In this document: one piece after another, positions 1-11,460 of the stretch
Position numbering within the stretch: the stretch's first letter is position 1
How the letters are laid out: each line of letters begins with the position of its first letter
NCBI RefSeq assembly: GCF_009914755.1
Contig: NC_060927.1
From: the human T2T-CHM13v2.0 reference genome, Homo sapiens
Length of the DNA: 64,000 bases
Direction: 5' to 3' (one strand)
The notes under the pieces: generated by a model
The model's input: only the letters and a program-made list of their open reading frames with translations
Database searches by the model: none
What the model was told of the DNA's origin: nothing
Position numbers and translations under genes: made by a program

Positions 1-1380
1 GGTAGGACCAGGTCACACAGCAATGCCTTTCTCCCCTTTGGGCATTTTCCGGAATTGCTGCCCTGCATACAACTGTCTCCGCAAAGTTAGGAGTATTTCA
101 TTGGGCTGCTTATCAATTTTCTCTCAGTCAACCCCAGCCAAAATCAAATCTATCCACATCTGTGAGCGTGTCACTCGTTGGGGCCCCCTTTTTTTATGGG
201 GGAGCCCCCTGTGGGTGGGGTAACTTCCCCTTCTTTATGGTGTGGACCCTCCAATCCCCCTGAAGGCCTTCTGCTTCCCTGAGAGCCGCCATGGCAGTGG
301 TTACTTCATGTATGCGGTGCCCTACGTATGGGGTGAGGACAGCAGCTAGGGAGCCAAAGGGGCTCAGGAGCATCAAACCCAACATGAGATCCCTCATGTG
401 GGAGGTGAAACATTTATCATCTGGCCCTCAGGTATTCAGGACAAACATAGCCTGCCGCATACCCATCTCCCGAATGACTTACACCAAATTGGCATATGAC
501 TGCCATTTACTCACAGTTTTGGGCATTTCACCAGCATTATTCCACACAGTTCATATGGCTGCCTGTAGCCACTCAGTCAGGGTGTGGTCTCCTTGCGCTG
601 CCACTAACCACCTGCTCACTTGCAGCCGCTGACAGAGAGAGGGGTGAGTCATGGTGGAGGCCAGCTTGTCCATCTCAGAGGTGGAATGGGAGATACCATC
701 TGCTCCCTTGTTCCACAGACGAAGCATCCAGGCAGGCAGGGGTTCCCCTGGACACTGGCAACACTGCTTGCCTAATTCCTGCAACTCAGTTGGGGTACAG
801 GCAATATACGAAATGTGTTGCATTATGGTGGGGAGTCCCTGAGTCCACCCTTGGAGCCCCAGTGGCTGTTCATGATCTACCTTCTGTCAGACCACCGGGT
901 GAGCCCGCAACAGGGGTTCTTCCTCCTTGGTATGAAACTGAGTGGGGATCTCCAGACAAGATGATGGACCCAGGCCTGCATTCATGGTAGCCTCTAATTC
1001 CTTTTCCAAGCTCTGAAGCCACACCTCCAGGCATCCTGCCTGCACCTGGAGGTCCCCATTCATGGCAGCCTCTAATTATTTTCCAGATCGGTGTAGCCAG
1101 ACCTCCAGTCTGCATCCCTCAGGGACTGGGTGTGTACTTTTCTTAGCACAGTTAAAAATGCCCATCCAACTCTGCCAGCAAAGGCTCTCTCCTTCTTGGT
1201 GCTCTGCACTTCCAGCTGCTTCAGCGCCTTCTCCATGCTCATGGGGGACCCATCTACTGCCACCCAGGTTTCCACTCAGGCCCACCCTCACAGCACGGCT
1301 ACCACCGGGTACCACAACCCATGTTGTGGTCACATGGCCAACCTGGAATCAGCAGGGACCGAAGGCTCACTTACCTTAGG
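1..1380 (-). mobile_element. Decayed internal (leader/gag) region of an ERVL-class provirus, HERV-S/HERVL18-like; continues beyond the window start
   Basis: Minus-strand ORF fragments 551-823 (TPTELQELGKQC..PGEPLPAWMLRLW) and 1072-1275 resemble ERVL gag. The region lies directly downstream of a PBS and LTR, with a splice donor GGTAAGTG at ~1367-1377. Confidence 0.75.
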
Positions 1381-1398
1381 ATCCTGTTCGTGATGCCA
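1381..1398 (-). promoter_or_regulatory. Retroviral primer binding site complementary to tRNA-Ser(CGA)
   Basis: Plus strand ATCCTGTTCGTGATGCCA matches the tRNA-Ser 3' end ATCCTGTTCGTGACGCCA with one CpG transition. It sits 2 nt from the LTR end. Confidence 0.8.
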
Positions 1399-1400
1399 AT

Positions 1401-1732
1401 TGTCAGGTTCTAGCCCAAACTAAAGTCCAAGGGGAGTTGGTGGGTGGGTGGCAGGTAACTGGAAAAACACTCGAGTAGGCGGTTTCGACATGGCTTTATT
1501 CTCTCTCTGGGTGCAAGCCATATGTAGTGTCAGCAGGGTAATTTTACCTTTTACAGACAATAGTGGCTTTGAGCCAAGCACGTGCTCATATGAGTGGTCA
1601 CCTAATGCACCTCACATGGCATGGTTACATAATGTGTGGAGTTGTGTGCCTGCCTCCAAACCCACTGAGTCATGCTGCACCAGAAGGCTGCCTCGGCCTA
1701 CTCCTGACTAAAGCACAACCATCTCCCTTAGA
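1401..1732 (-). mobile_element. 5' LTR, LTR18A-like
   Basis: About 330 bp ending ...CCTGACA next to the PBS on the minus strand. Contains AP-1 TGAGTCA (1666-1672) and a PAR-bZIP/CEBP-type GTTACATAAT (1624-1633). Confidence 0.7.
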
Positions 1733-1734
1733 GT

Positions 1735-2285
1735 GGGCTAAATCTACTGCTATTTATACTATTAGAAATTTTAACACAGAAGTTTTAAATATTTACATTG
1801 TTAATTGATTTTGAAATAATAAGCCCATTACAGGTTAACATAATTAACATACTTTTATTAAAAATATCTGTATTTTTTAAAAGAAAAAAAATTAGCAACA
1901 ACAGTGATCCTTGGAATCGTCCCACCTCAGCCTCCCAAGTAGCTGAGACCACAGGCGCACATCACCATGCGAGCTAATTTCTATATTTTTTGGTAGAGAT
2001 GGGATCTTGCCATGCTGGCCAGGGTGGTCTCGAGCTCCTAAGCTCAAGTGATCCTCCTGCCTCGGTCTCCCAAAGTGCTGAGATTACAGGTGTGAGCCAC
2101 CACTTCTGGCCAGAAGCTGGATTCTCTGTCTTGTTCTCCATCCAATCTGTTAGACTGTCAAATGCCAAATAACCTTTGGAAAATTCTACTCGTAAAATAA
2201 GGAGAGAGATAAATAACTTCTGAGTATCATCATTAAAATAGTTTGACCTCATGGACCCACTGGGTCCCATGTGGAGAATAGCTCT
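1735..2285. mobile_element. hAT-Charlie (Charlie1/MER33-like) remnant interrupted by a partial antisense Alu (~1910-2111)
   Basis: AT-rich Charlie-like segments on both sides of Alu sequence (CCCAAAGTGCTGAGATTACAGG). Confidence 0.5.
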
Positions 2286-2671
2286 AAGCTAAAGAGTAGA
2301 ATGGCTGGGAGGGGACATAAACATTCAGCCCATAGCTGCTGACCACAATAACACATTTTAAGTCTCTTCCTCTCCTGCTCCTTGTGATTGCAGACAGACT
2401 CAATCTGTAGGAGAGCTGTAGAGAGAACAAGCTCAAGCCCCTGATTTTGCCTACAAAGAAAGCTGAGCCCAGCAAAGTTAAGGGACTTACCCAAGGTCAC
2501 ACAGCCACACAGCAGAGCTGGGGCTGAGCTCCAGGTGTCCTGCTACAGAGGCCACTTCTTTCTCCCACTAGGGACTGGCCTGTGATTACTTCAGAAAACA
2601 ATGGTCAGCTAACTGATTCTGAACGCCCTTTGCTGGTAAAAGCTAATCTCCTGAGGAAAAATGTATGCATT

Positions 2672-3007
<336 letters not shown>

Positions 3008-3125
3008 TCAGGTGGTCAGTCAGCTTTCCCAAGACCCCAAAGCACACAATGTTCTTTCTGGTATGAGTGACATGGGGTTCACAGCACCACAAAGTCCATG
3101 ACTTTTCCCTCAGAAGTGAATGCAT

Positions 3126-3408
3126 GGCTAATTATTTTGTATTTTTTGTAGACATGGAGTTTTGCCATGTTGCCCACGCTGCTCTCAAATTCCTGGACTC
3201 AAGTAATCCACCCACCTCAGCTTCCCAAGGTGCTGGGATTACAGGCATGAGACACCGCATGACCTGCACCTATAGTCCCAGCTATCAGGAGGCTGAGGTG
3301 GGAGGATCACCTGAACCGGGGAAGTTGAACCTGCAGTGAACTGTGATCGCTCCGGTGCACTCCATCCTGGGCAACAGAGTGAGATCCTGCCTCAAAAAAA
3401 AAAAAAAA
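3126..3408 (+). mobile_element. AluJ-type SINE with inverted left arm
   Basis: Antisense left arm 3126-~3263, sense right arm ~3265-3393, then a poly-A tail. Confidence 0.8.
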
Positions 3409-4370
3409 GTGAACACACATGCTGGGGAAGAGGCCTGCAGGCACCCCTGCCAGTTCTGCACCAGAGCACACTGTAGCAGCCCTGCTGTGATGCAGGAAGC
3501 AGCTCCAGGTCCTGCAGTCTGAAGCATGGAGCCTGAAGCCTGGAGCCCCCCATCCAATGCTGCGCCATGCTCACCAGTATCCCCCAGCATCAGCACCGAG
3601 GCACCAGCTGCAGATAAATTTCTCACCTAAAATGTTGAGAGATGTTGCTAAACTGTCCTTCTAAGGGTATGTATAATAATACGGTCCTGCCGATACTGAA
3701 TAAGACTATCTGTTTCATTACATCCTCACAATACTGAATATCATTAGCAACTTGAATTTTAAATTGTGCTAATCAATGAAAATGATTGCCTAATTACTAG
3801 TGAGTTGAGGTTATTTAACATTAATACTCCTTCTGATGAAATATTTTGCATTTATCACATTTTACATAAATTCTCTCTATATAATTAGCACTAGAATGTC
3901 CGACTTGGTTTTCATTGTTCCTCACCTGTTTGGAAACACATTAAGAATGAGGGAGAGAATGGATGGGGACTCACCTAGGGATGCATGGAGCTGGTCGGCA
4001 GCCACTCTGAGGCCCTCTTAACACTTCCCCACCACACACTTAATTTCCCCTGGTTTGTCCATAGATACATCCAACAATTTTTATGTAAATAAGAAAGACT
4101 CAGCTTTCAATGGAAAATGGTAGGTTGGATTTTATGACTGAAGTGGCAAAAAGAAATAAGGGATTTTATTATGGGGGAGGTCCAAACCCTGGTGAAAAAC
4201 GAAATTCATTGAAATTGTTTGAAAATTCAAGGATTAAATCAGATTATTTTGGATTCAGTAGGAATTAGATTACTTTAAAGCCCCAGGATACTTTATTCTG
4301 TAGAATGCATGGAAAGTATAGAAAAGAGAAACAAAGAGGGAAAGTCATGGCTAATAACCTGGAAGGGGTA

Positions 4371-4841
4371 AATAGGGAGCCAAAGGCCTGTGGGACGTAA
4401 CCAACTCAGCATTCCACTGGAGGCTTTATGATCAAATAGCAAGCTATTTATCATGAATGCAGGATGTGGGCAAACTCACGACTGCTCCCACTGCCAGAAG
4501 GTTTGCTGAGGGCAATCACTTCCTGGCACCGAGCTCCTTGAGGTTATCTACTGGGACATCTGGAGAATGCAGTCTTGCAAGCCTACTCTGGACCCAGCAG
4601 CTGACCCCTTCTTCCATGCCCCTCTTCCTGCTATCTCTTTTGCCTAATAAATATGGAGGGCTGTGTAAAGCTCAGGGCCCTTGTCCACTAGAGGCAAACT
4701 GCCCGCTGACCCCTTCTTCCAAATATGCTCTTTTGTCTCATGTCTTTTATTCCCGCTTTCACCCCACTTTGTTCAGTCCCCCTAGGTCCGTGTGGGTTAC
4801 ATAGTGGCGCCCTGAACAGCGACAGAATCAGGTGCTCTACA
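4371..4841 (+). repeat. 5' LTR (LTR3-like)
   Basis: Direct repeat of 10992-11460 (~90% identical by hand count). AATAAA at 4646-4651; ends CTCTACA. Confidence 0.9.
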
Positions 4842-4843
4842 AG

Positions 4844-4863
4844 TGGCGTCCGAACACAGGGAC
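4844..4863 (+). promoter_or_regulatory. Primer binding site, tRNA-Lys(UUU)-like
   Basis: TGGCGTCCGAACACAGGGAC versus canonical TGGCGCCCGAACAGGGAC, 2 nt after the LTR end. Confidence 0.85.
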
Positions 4864-5040
4864 TATGAGGATGTGAATGAAGAAGATCTGCTGGAGCAGA
4901 GGAATTGAAATTGACAAGGTGAATGGGGATCCCGGGACAAGTCTGCCGGCAGCAGATATAAGGTCAGTGCCCTAAAGAGCTACTGGGAGCAGTGCCTTAA
5001 AGTAGTACTGGGAATGGGAAGTTTTCTGAATCAGGGTAAC

Positions 5041-6650
5041 ATGGGGCAGAATTGGTCTGTTGAAGAAAAACATTATGTGCAGTTGCTTAAAGTTTTGTTG
5101 AAACAAACTGGTGCTCAGGTTAGTTCTCACATTAACTACGATGCTACAGGAAGTCATTATGCATAACCCATGGTTTCCACAGGCAGGGACTCTTGATGTA
5201 GAAAATTGGGATAGAGCAGAAGGATGAAAACAGGCTCATCAAAAAGGTTTTCAAGTTGATTCTTCAGTTTTCTCCACTTGGAGTTTAGTTCGTACTGTAC
5301 TTCTGCCATTATCTCCTTGTTATTCTGCGGGACAGCAGGCTGAATGTAAAAAACTGAAAGAATCTGTTGTCCCACCCACAGCTCCAGTTGAAAATAAGTA
5401 ATAGGAGAGGGAGGATAAAAATTGGCCTATACCGCCCCCTCCAGTTGCAGAAACATCTGTACCGCCTCCTTCGGTGGCAGAAACAGAGACCCCAATACAA
5501 AGAATTTTACGCTCTGCCACCACGGCTGGAGAGCCCTTAGGACCTTGCACTTTTCCTATTTCCGTAAGGCCTGATCCAAATAATCCACAGCAGCTTAATC
5601 ATGAACACATTCCACTAGAGTTTAAGTTGTTAAAGGAATTAAAAGTGAGTGTGGTAAATAATGGCATACAGAGCCCATTCACTTTAGGATTGCTAGAATC
5701 TATGTTTGGTGCTATGTGTCTTTTACCCTTTGATGTGAAACACTTGGCATGAACTTGCTTGTCTGCTAGCGCATATCTGACATGGAATTTAAACTGGCAA
5801 GAACAGGGTGCAGACCAGGCTAGACAGAACCATGCTGCTGGAAATGGAGACATTACAGAGGATAGGCTATTGGGTAATGGCCCTTATTCTGACCTGGTAC
5901 ATCAACTAGCACTCACAAATGCTGCTTATCAGCAGTGCACACAGGCTGCTAAATGTGCCTGGGCCATAATTCCTGAAGAGGGAGTCCCAGTACTATCATT
6001 TTTACATATCATGCAAGGGTCACAGGAACCCTACGCACAATTTCTTGCAAGATTACAAGAGGCAGTGAGGCATCAGATTCCTCATACCTTGGCTGCAGAA
6101 ATGCTAACCTTTACTCTAGCTTTTGAGAATGCAAATGCAGATTGTAAATGTGCACTGGCACCGGTTAGGTGTACAAAAACTTGGGAAATTTTCTCAGAGC
6201 TTGTTAAGATGTAGCAACTGAGCTTTATCGATCTGCAATGTTAGCTGAAGCAATGGCTAATTTAGCTGTTGACAAATCTAAAAAGAGCCAAGGGTCAAAC
6301 CCTAAAATGGGAAAATGTTATAATTGTGGAAAAACTGGACATTTTAAAAAGGAATGCCACCAGATCTCAGGACAGAAAGGATCTTACAATGCTTTTCCCC
6401 CCGGCCCCCAGCGGAAAGAACACCAGGACTTTGTCCTCGCTATGACAAAGGAAATAACTCGGCTAATCAGTGCTGCTCAAAATTTCATCAGAATGGCACC
6501 CCCCTGTTGGGAAATGAGATGGGGGCCTGTACCCGGGCCTCACAAACAATGAGGGCATTCCCAATTCAGACCTCAACCCTGTTTCAGGCATGGGTTCCCA
6601 GAGGCATATTGAGTCCCTCACCCGAGGAACTCCAGGAAGTGCAGGATTAG
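5041..6650 (+). pseudogene. gag: Disrupted gag (MA-CA-NC)
   Basis: Starts MGQNWSVEEKHYVQLLKVLL. Has an MHR-like QGSQEPYAQFLARL, zinc knuckle CYNCGKTGHFKKEC and a degenerate second knuckle, plus multiple stops and frameshifts. Confidence 0.9.
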
Positions 6651-7083
6651 ATCTCCCAGCCAGAGAAAGGGTTACATAAGGTGGGGAAGACAAACCCACC
6701 AAGATTCTCACTGGCATTTGGGGACCTTTACCAGCAGGATATATGGGACTAATTTTAGGCAAAAGCCACCTTAACTTGCGAAGGCATTACTGTAGTCGCA
6801 GAAGTTGTTGACTCTGATTATGAAGGAGAAATTCAAGTAGTTTTATTGTCACGAGATCTTCGGGTTTTTGAACCGAGAGAATACATAGTGCAATTATTAC
6901 TTATTCCCTGCAAATTACACCCTTCTCCATGAAAGGAGAAACAAGGAAATAAAGGGTTTGGGAGCACAGCTACACGGGAAATCTATCTATCCCGACCCAT
7001 AGCCTCTAATAGACCCACCTGTGTAGTACAAATTAAAGGAAATAAATTTTATAGGTTTATGGATACGGGAGCTGATGTGTCAG
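6560..7083 (+). pseudogene. pro: dUTPase-protease remnant, truncated after the active site
   Basis: dUTPase motifs SAGLDL, VVDSDYEGEI and KGFGS; aspartyl protease motif MDTGADVS at ~7059-7083. Confidence 0.85.
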
Positions 7084-7223
7084 TGTTACCAGCAGGTCTT
7101 TGTTCTTAGAGCTCCCAAGATGGCGGCAAGCCTTTTGTTCTCTGACCTGGAGTTCTTGGCCTCACAGATTCCAAGGAATGGATCCTTGGGCCATGCAGTG
7201 AGTGTCATAGCTCTATTAGAAGC
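7084..7223 (-). mobile_element. 3' (U5) fragment of an ERV1-class LTR (LTR17/LTR9-related) nested in the provirus
   Basis: Reverse complement reads ...TTGGAATCTGTGAGGCCAAGAACTCCAGGTCAGAGAACAAAAGGCTTGCCGCCATCTTGGGAGCTC...GGTAACA, typical of HERV-W-related LTR ends. Confidence 0.7.
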
Positions 7224-8360
7224 TCTTCCAAAAGTCGTGCTGCTATCTATGGACTAAAACATACTCAAACAATAATGACCTCTGGCGTTTAGGCTCAATG
7301 CTCAGAGCTAATTGCAGTCATTCAGGTTTTACAGCTCACAGCTTCAGATCCTATCAACATTGTCTGTGTTCAGTTTATGTCGTAAATGTAGCCGGTCACA
7401 TAGAAACTGCTACAATTAAAAGTACACTAAACCCAGAACTGCTAATTTATTTTTAAGACTTCAACAAGTTATTTGTTCTAGTGCAGCTCCTTTTCATATT
7501 TCTCATATTCCTTCTCACACACAACTTCCTGGGCCGCTATCTCTAAGTAATGAGAAAACAGACAAACTGATTGCCTCTGTGTTTCAGCAAGCTCAACCAT
7601 CTCATGTGCTTCTGCACCAAAATACTTCCGCCCTTACTCACATGTTCCTACAGGTTTGTATTATATTATGCAGTATATCCCTCGAGCCACACCTATAGAA
7701 GGATGTAATCCACGAGGTTTGGCTCCAAATGAAATCTGGCAAATGGATGTTACACACACAGCAACCTTTGATAAGCTGAGCTATGTTCATGTGACTATAG
7801 ACACTTATTCTCATATGCTGCCTGCTACATGCCAAACAGGTGAGACAGCTGGTCATGTACAGCGACACTGTCTGTCATCATTTGCTCATATGGGGATATC
7901 TAAACAATTAAAAACTGACAATGGACCCGCTTATACTAGTCATGCTTTTAAAAATTTCTTGCAGCTTTGGGCTATAACCCATAAAACAGGAATTCCTTAT
8001 AATCCTAGAGGACAAGGCATTATAGAGCAGGCACATCAAACATTACAATGCATGTTGAAAAGACAAAAAGCGGGTATAGGAGGCCAACTACCACCTCAAT
8101 AAAAACTACATTTAGCCTTATTTACTTTAAATTTTTTGACTCCTGGTATGGATGGTAAGACTCCAGCAGAAAGACATTGGCAAGTGTTAGAAGAAAAGAG
8201 GAAAATTTATCCAAAAGTGTTATGGAAATCCCTGGAAGAAGGAAAATGGAAAGGTCTGGTGGATTTACTGACGTGGGGAAGAGAGTATGCTTGTGTTTTT
8301 ACAGGAGATGGACAAGCCGTGTGGGTGCCCTCAAGGTGTGTGCAACCATGGAACGGGAGA
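7224..8360 (+). pseudogene. pol: pol remnant: RNase H and integrase; reverse transcriptase deleted
   Basis: ORF 7656-8102 carries the integrase D,D(35)E core (WQMDVTH, KTDNGPAY, GIIEQ). WKGLVDLLTWGREYACV C-terminal motif follows. No RT motifs are present. Confidence 0.9.
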
Positions 8361-8525
8361 CTAGAGGAACCCAGGGTGGCCAACCATGGACAGGGTCCCC
8401 CCGGTACGAGCCATGAGCCAGCTGAGCCTGAGTGCAAAGACGGAGAGAAGGCCAACTGGAGTCACAACACAGTTCTAATGTTATATTTGTAAAGAATATC
8501 ACTACTCAACTTACAGTTTGTGTTT

Positions 8526-8935
8526 ATAGATATAGATATAGATATGGATATAGATATAGATATAGTTATAGATATAGATAGATATACACTTTAAGTTCTA
8601 GGGTACATGTGCACAACTTGCAGGTTTGTTACATAGGTATACATGTGCCATGTTGGTTTGCTGCACCCATCAACTCATCATTTACATTAGGTATTTCTCC
8701 TAATGCTCTCCCTCCCCCAGCACCGCCTCCCAACAGGCCCTGGTATGTGATGTTCCCTGCCCTGTGTCCAAGTGTTCTCATTGTTCAATTTCCACCTATG
8801 AATGAGAACATGCAGTGTTTTATTTTCTGTTCCTGTATTAGTTTGCTGAGAATGATGGTTTCCAGCTTCATCCATGTCCCTGCAAAGGACATGAACTCAT
8901 CCTTTTTTATGGCTGCATAGTATTCCATGGTGTAT
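8526..8935 (-). mobile_element. 5'-truncated L1PA 3' end with (TATAGA)n tail
   Basis: CTTTAAGTTCTAGGGTACATGTGCACAAC...GGCTGCATAGTATTCCATGGTGTAT is antisense L1PA 3'UTR. A microsatellite at 8526-8587 occupies the poly-A position. Confidence 0.9.
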
Positions 8936-9371
8936 CCTTATGTCTTTTTGACAGCTAAGAAGGACCAGCTCCAGGTAAACAATACCCAATTGACCTGTAA
9001 ATCTTACCAATTATATCACTGCATTAATCATAGCACATTGCAAACACATAATATCTCTACTTTGATGATTTTAGGCCACATCCCTGGGCTATGTATTCCT
9101 GTTAATCTGTCCGAGGCTTGGGCTGCCACACCTGCTTTGCATTTTGTGAAACTTCTTCTAACTGAGCTTACTCATCATGTCTGTAGAGCCTTAGACATAA
9201 TAATTTTAGCTATTGTTTCCTTGGTCGCACTAATAACTTCTGTTGTGATGTCCTCTGTAGCTTTGCATAATTCTATTCAAACAGCTCAGTACATGGAGAA
9301 CTGGACACACACAGCCGACCAAGCATGGCTACTTCAGAATAAAATTAACACTGAGTTACAAACTGAAGTGG

Positions 9372-10522
9372 TGTTATGGGAAGTCAGGGACCCCGAAGAG
9401 AGGGACCAGCTGGAGCCACAGCAGAGGAACGTAAATTGTGAAGATTTCATCTTAATACGGATATTTATCAGTTCTCAAATAATACTTTTACAATTTCTTA
9501 TGCCTGTCTTTAATCTCTTAATCCTGTTACCTTCGTAAGCTGAGGATGTGCATCACCTCAGGACCACTGTTATAATTGTGTTAACTGTACAAATTGATTG
9601 TAAAACGTGTGTTTGAACAATATGAAATCAGTGCACCTTGAAAAAGAACAGAATAACGGTGATTTTTATGGAACAAGGGAAGACAACCATAAGGTCTGAC
9701 TGCCTGCAGGGTCGGGCAAAAAGAGCCATATTTTTCTTTTTGCAGAGAGCCTATAAATGGATGTGCAAGTAGGAAACATATCGCTAAATTCTTTTCCTAG
9801 CAAGGAATATTAATATTAATACCCTCGGAAAAGAATGCATTCCTGAGGGGAGGTCTATAAATGGCCGCTCTGGGAATGTCTGTCTTGTGCAGTTGAGATA
9901 AGGACTGAGATACGCCCTGGTCTCCTGCAGAACCCTCAGGCTTACTAGAGTGGGGAAAAACTCTGCTGTAGTAAATTTTTGGTCAGACCAGTTTTCTGCT
10001 CTCAAACCCTGTTTTCTGTTAAGATGTTTATCAAGACAATACGTGCACCACTGAACATAGACCCTTATCAGGAGTTTATGATTTTTCTCCTGTCCTGTTT
10101 CCTCAGGAGCATGTGATCTTTGTTCTCCTTTTTGCCCTTTGAAGCATGTGATCTTTGTGACCTACTCCCTGTTCTTACACCCCCTCCCCTTTTGAAATCC
10201 TTAATAAAAACCTGCTGGTTTTGCGGCTCAGGTGGGCATCACGGTCCTACCAATATGTGATGTCACCCCTGGAGGCCCAGCTGTAAAATTCCTCTCTTTG
10301 TACTCTTTCTCTTTATTTCTCAGCCAGCCGACACTTATGGAAAATAGAACGAACCTACGTGAAATATTGGGGGTGGGTTCCCCCGATATGTGATGTCACC
10401 CCTGGTGGCCCAGCTGTAAAATTCCTCTCTTTGTACTGTCTCTCTTTATTTCTCAGCTGGCCAACACTTATGGAAAATAGAAGGAACCTATGTTGAAATA
10501 CTGAGGGTGGGTTCTCCCAATA
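9372..10522 (+). mobile_element. Solo MER11 (HERV-K11/HML-8) LTR
   Basis: Starts TGTTATGGGAAGTCAGGGACCCC. Perfect 6-bp TSD AAGTGG at 9366-9371 and 10523-10528; AATAAA at 10203-10208. Confidence 0.9.
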
Positions 10523-10991
10523 AAGTGGTAATGTTGAAATCCACAGTTCTATGGTTAGGGGAAAAGCACAAAGCTTGATTGCATTGTCATTTTAATCACA
10601 CTCATATTTGTGTAACCAACTTAGAATATAACCAAAGTGAGTATCTGTGGGACGTTGTGAAAGCCCATTTGCAGGGAGCTTTCACATCTAACATCACCTT
10701 TGATATTGGTGAATTACAAAACAAAATTCTTGATTTACATAGGCAAATTCAAGAGTTTCAGCCTTCTTTAGAAGACTGGACCAAATTCCAGCAAGGCCTG
10801 GAGAGCCTCAATCCTTGGACTTATCTAAGGCACTACATTAACATCTTACATGTAGTTCTTGGAATAATATTGTTTTGTCTCTGTCTTCTGTTCATAGCCT
10901 GTAAAATTGGATGGACCACCAATCGGAAAATGAGAGCTGCCCACCCTGGCCTTACATTCTTTCAATTAATTCATAAACAGAAAGGGGGATA

Positions 10992-11460
10992 TTTAGGGAG
11001 CCTAAGGCTCGTGGGACTGACCAACTCATCATTCCACTGGAGGCTATATGATAAAACAGCAAACTGTTTATCATGAATGCAGGATGTGGGCAAACTCACG
11101 ACTGCTCCCACTGCCAGAAGGTTTGCTGAGGGCAATCACTTCCTGGCACCAGGCTCCTTGAGGTTATCTACTGGGACATCTGGAGAATGCAGTCTTGCAA
11201 GCCTACTGTGGACTGAGCAGCTGATCCCTTCTTCCACACCCCCCTTCTCACTATCTCTTTTGTCTAATCACTACGGAGGGTTGTGTAAAGCTCAGGGCCC
11301 TTGTCCACTAGAGGCAAAGTGCCCCCTGACCGCTTCTTCCAAATATACTCTTTTGTCTCTTGTCTTTTATTCCCACGTTTGCCCCCTTTGTTCAGTTTCC
11401 CTAGGTCCATGTGGGTTACATAGTGGCAACCTGAACAATGACAGAATCAGGTGCTCTACA
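10992..11460 (+). repeat. 3' LTR (LTR3-like)
   Basis: Follows the PPT AAACAGAAAGGGGGATA; direct repeat of 4371-4841. Confidence 0.9.

Larger units (their letters stand above)
8361..10991 (+). pseudogene. env: Disrupted env, interrupted by L1 and MER11 insertions
   Basis: Degenerate cleavage site plus fusion peptide (HVCR/ALDIIILAIVSLVAL) in ORF 8927-9538. TM cysteine loop CHFNHTHIC and hydrophobic anchor in ORF 10579-11076. Confidence 0.85.
4371..11460 (+). mobile_element. Defective HERV-K (betaretrovirus-like) provirus, HML-6/HERVK3-like, with nested insertions
   Basis: Two ~470-bp LTRs, a Lys PBS, gag-dUTPase-pro-RNaseH-IN-env remnants in order, and a polypurine tract at ~10975-10991. Confidence 0.9.

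Noticed and set aside
4365-4380. Clean TSD for the HML-6-like provirus
   Set aside because: The flanks give only TAAATA versus GAAATA and neither LTR retains the 5' TG, so the exact left boundary is uncertain.
7656-11076. Integrase core and env TM ORFs as possible domesticated genes
   Set aside because: Both are fragments lacking N-terminal domains or proper starts, within a provirus full of stops, deletions and insertions.
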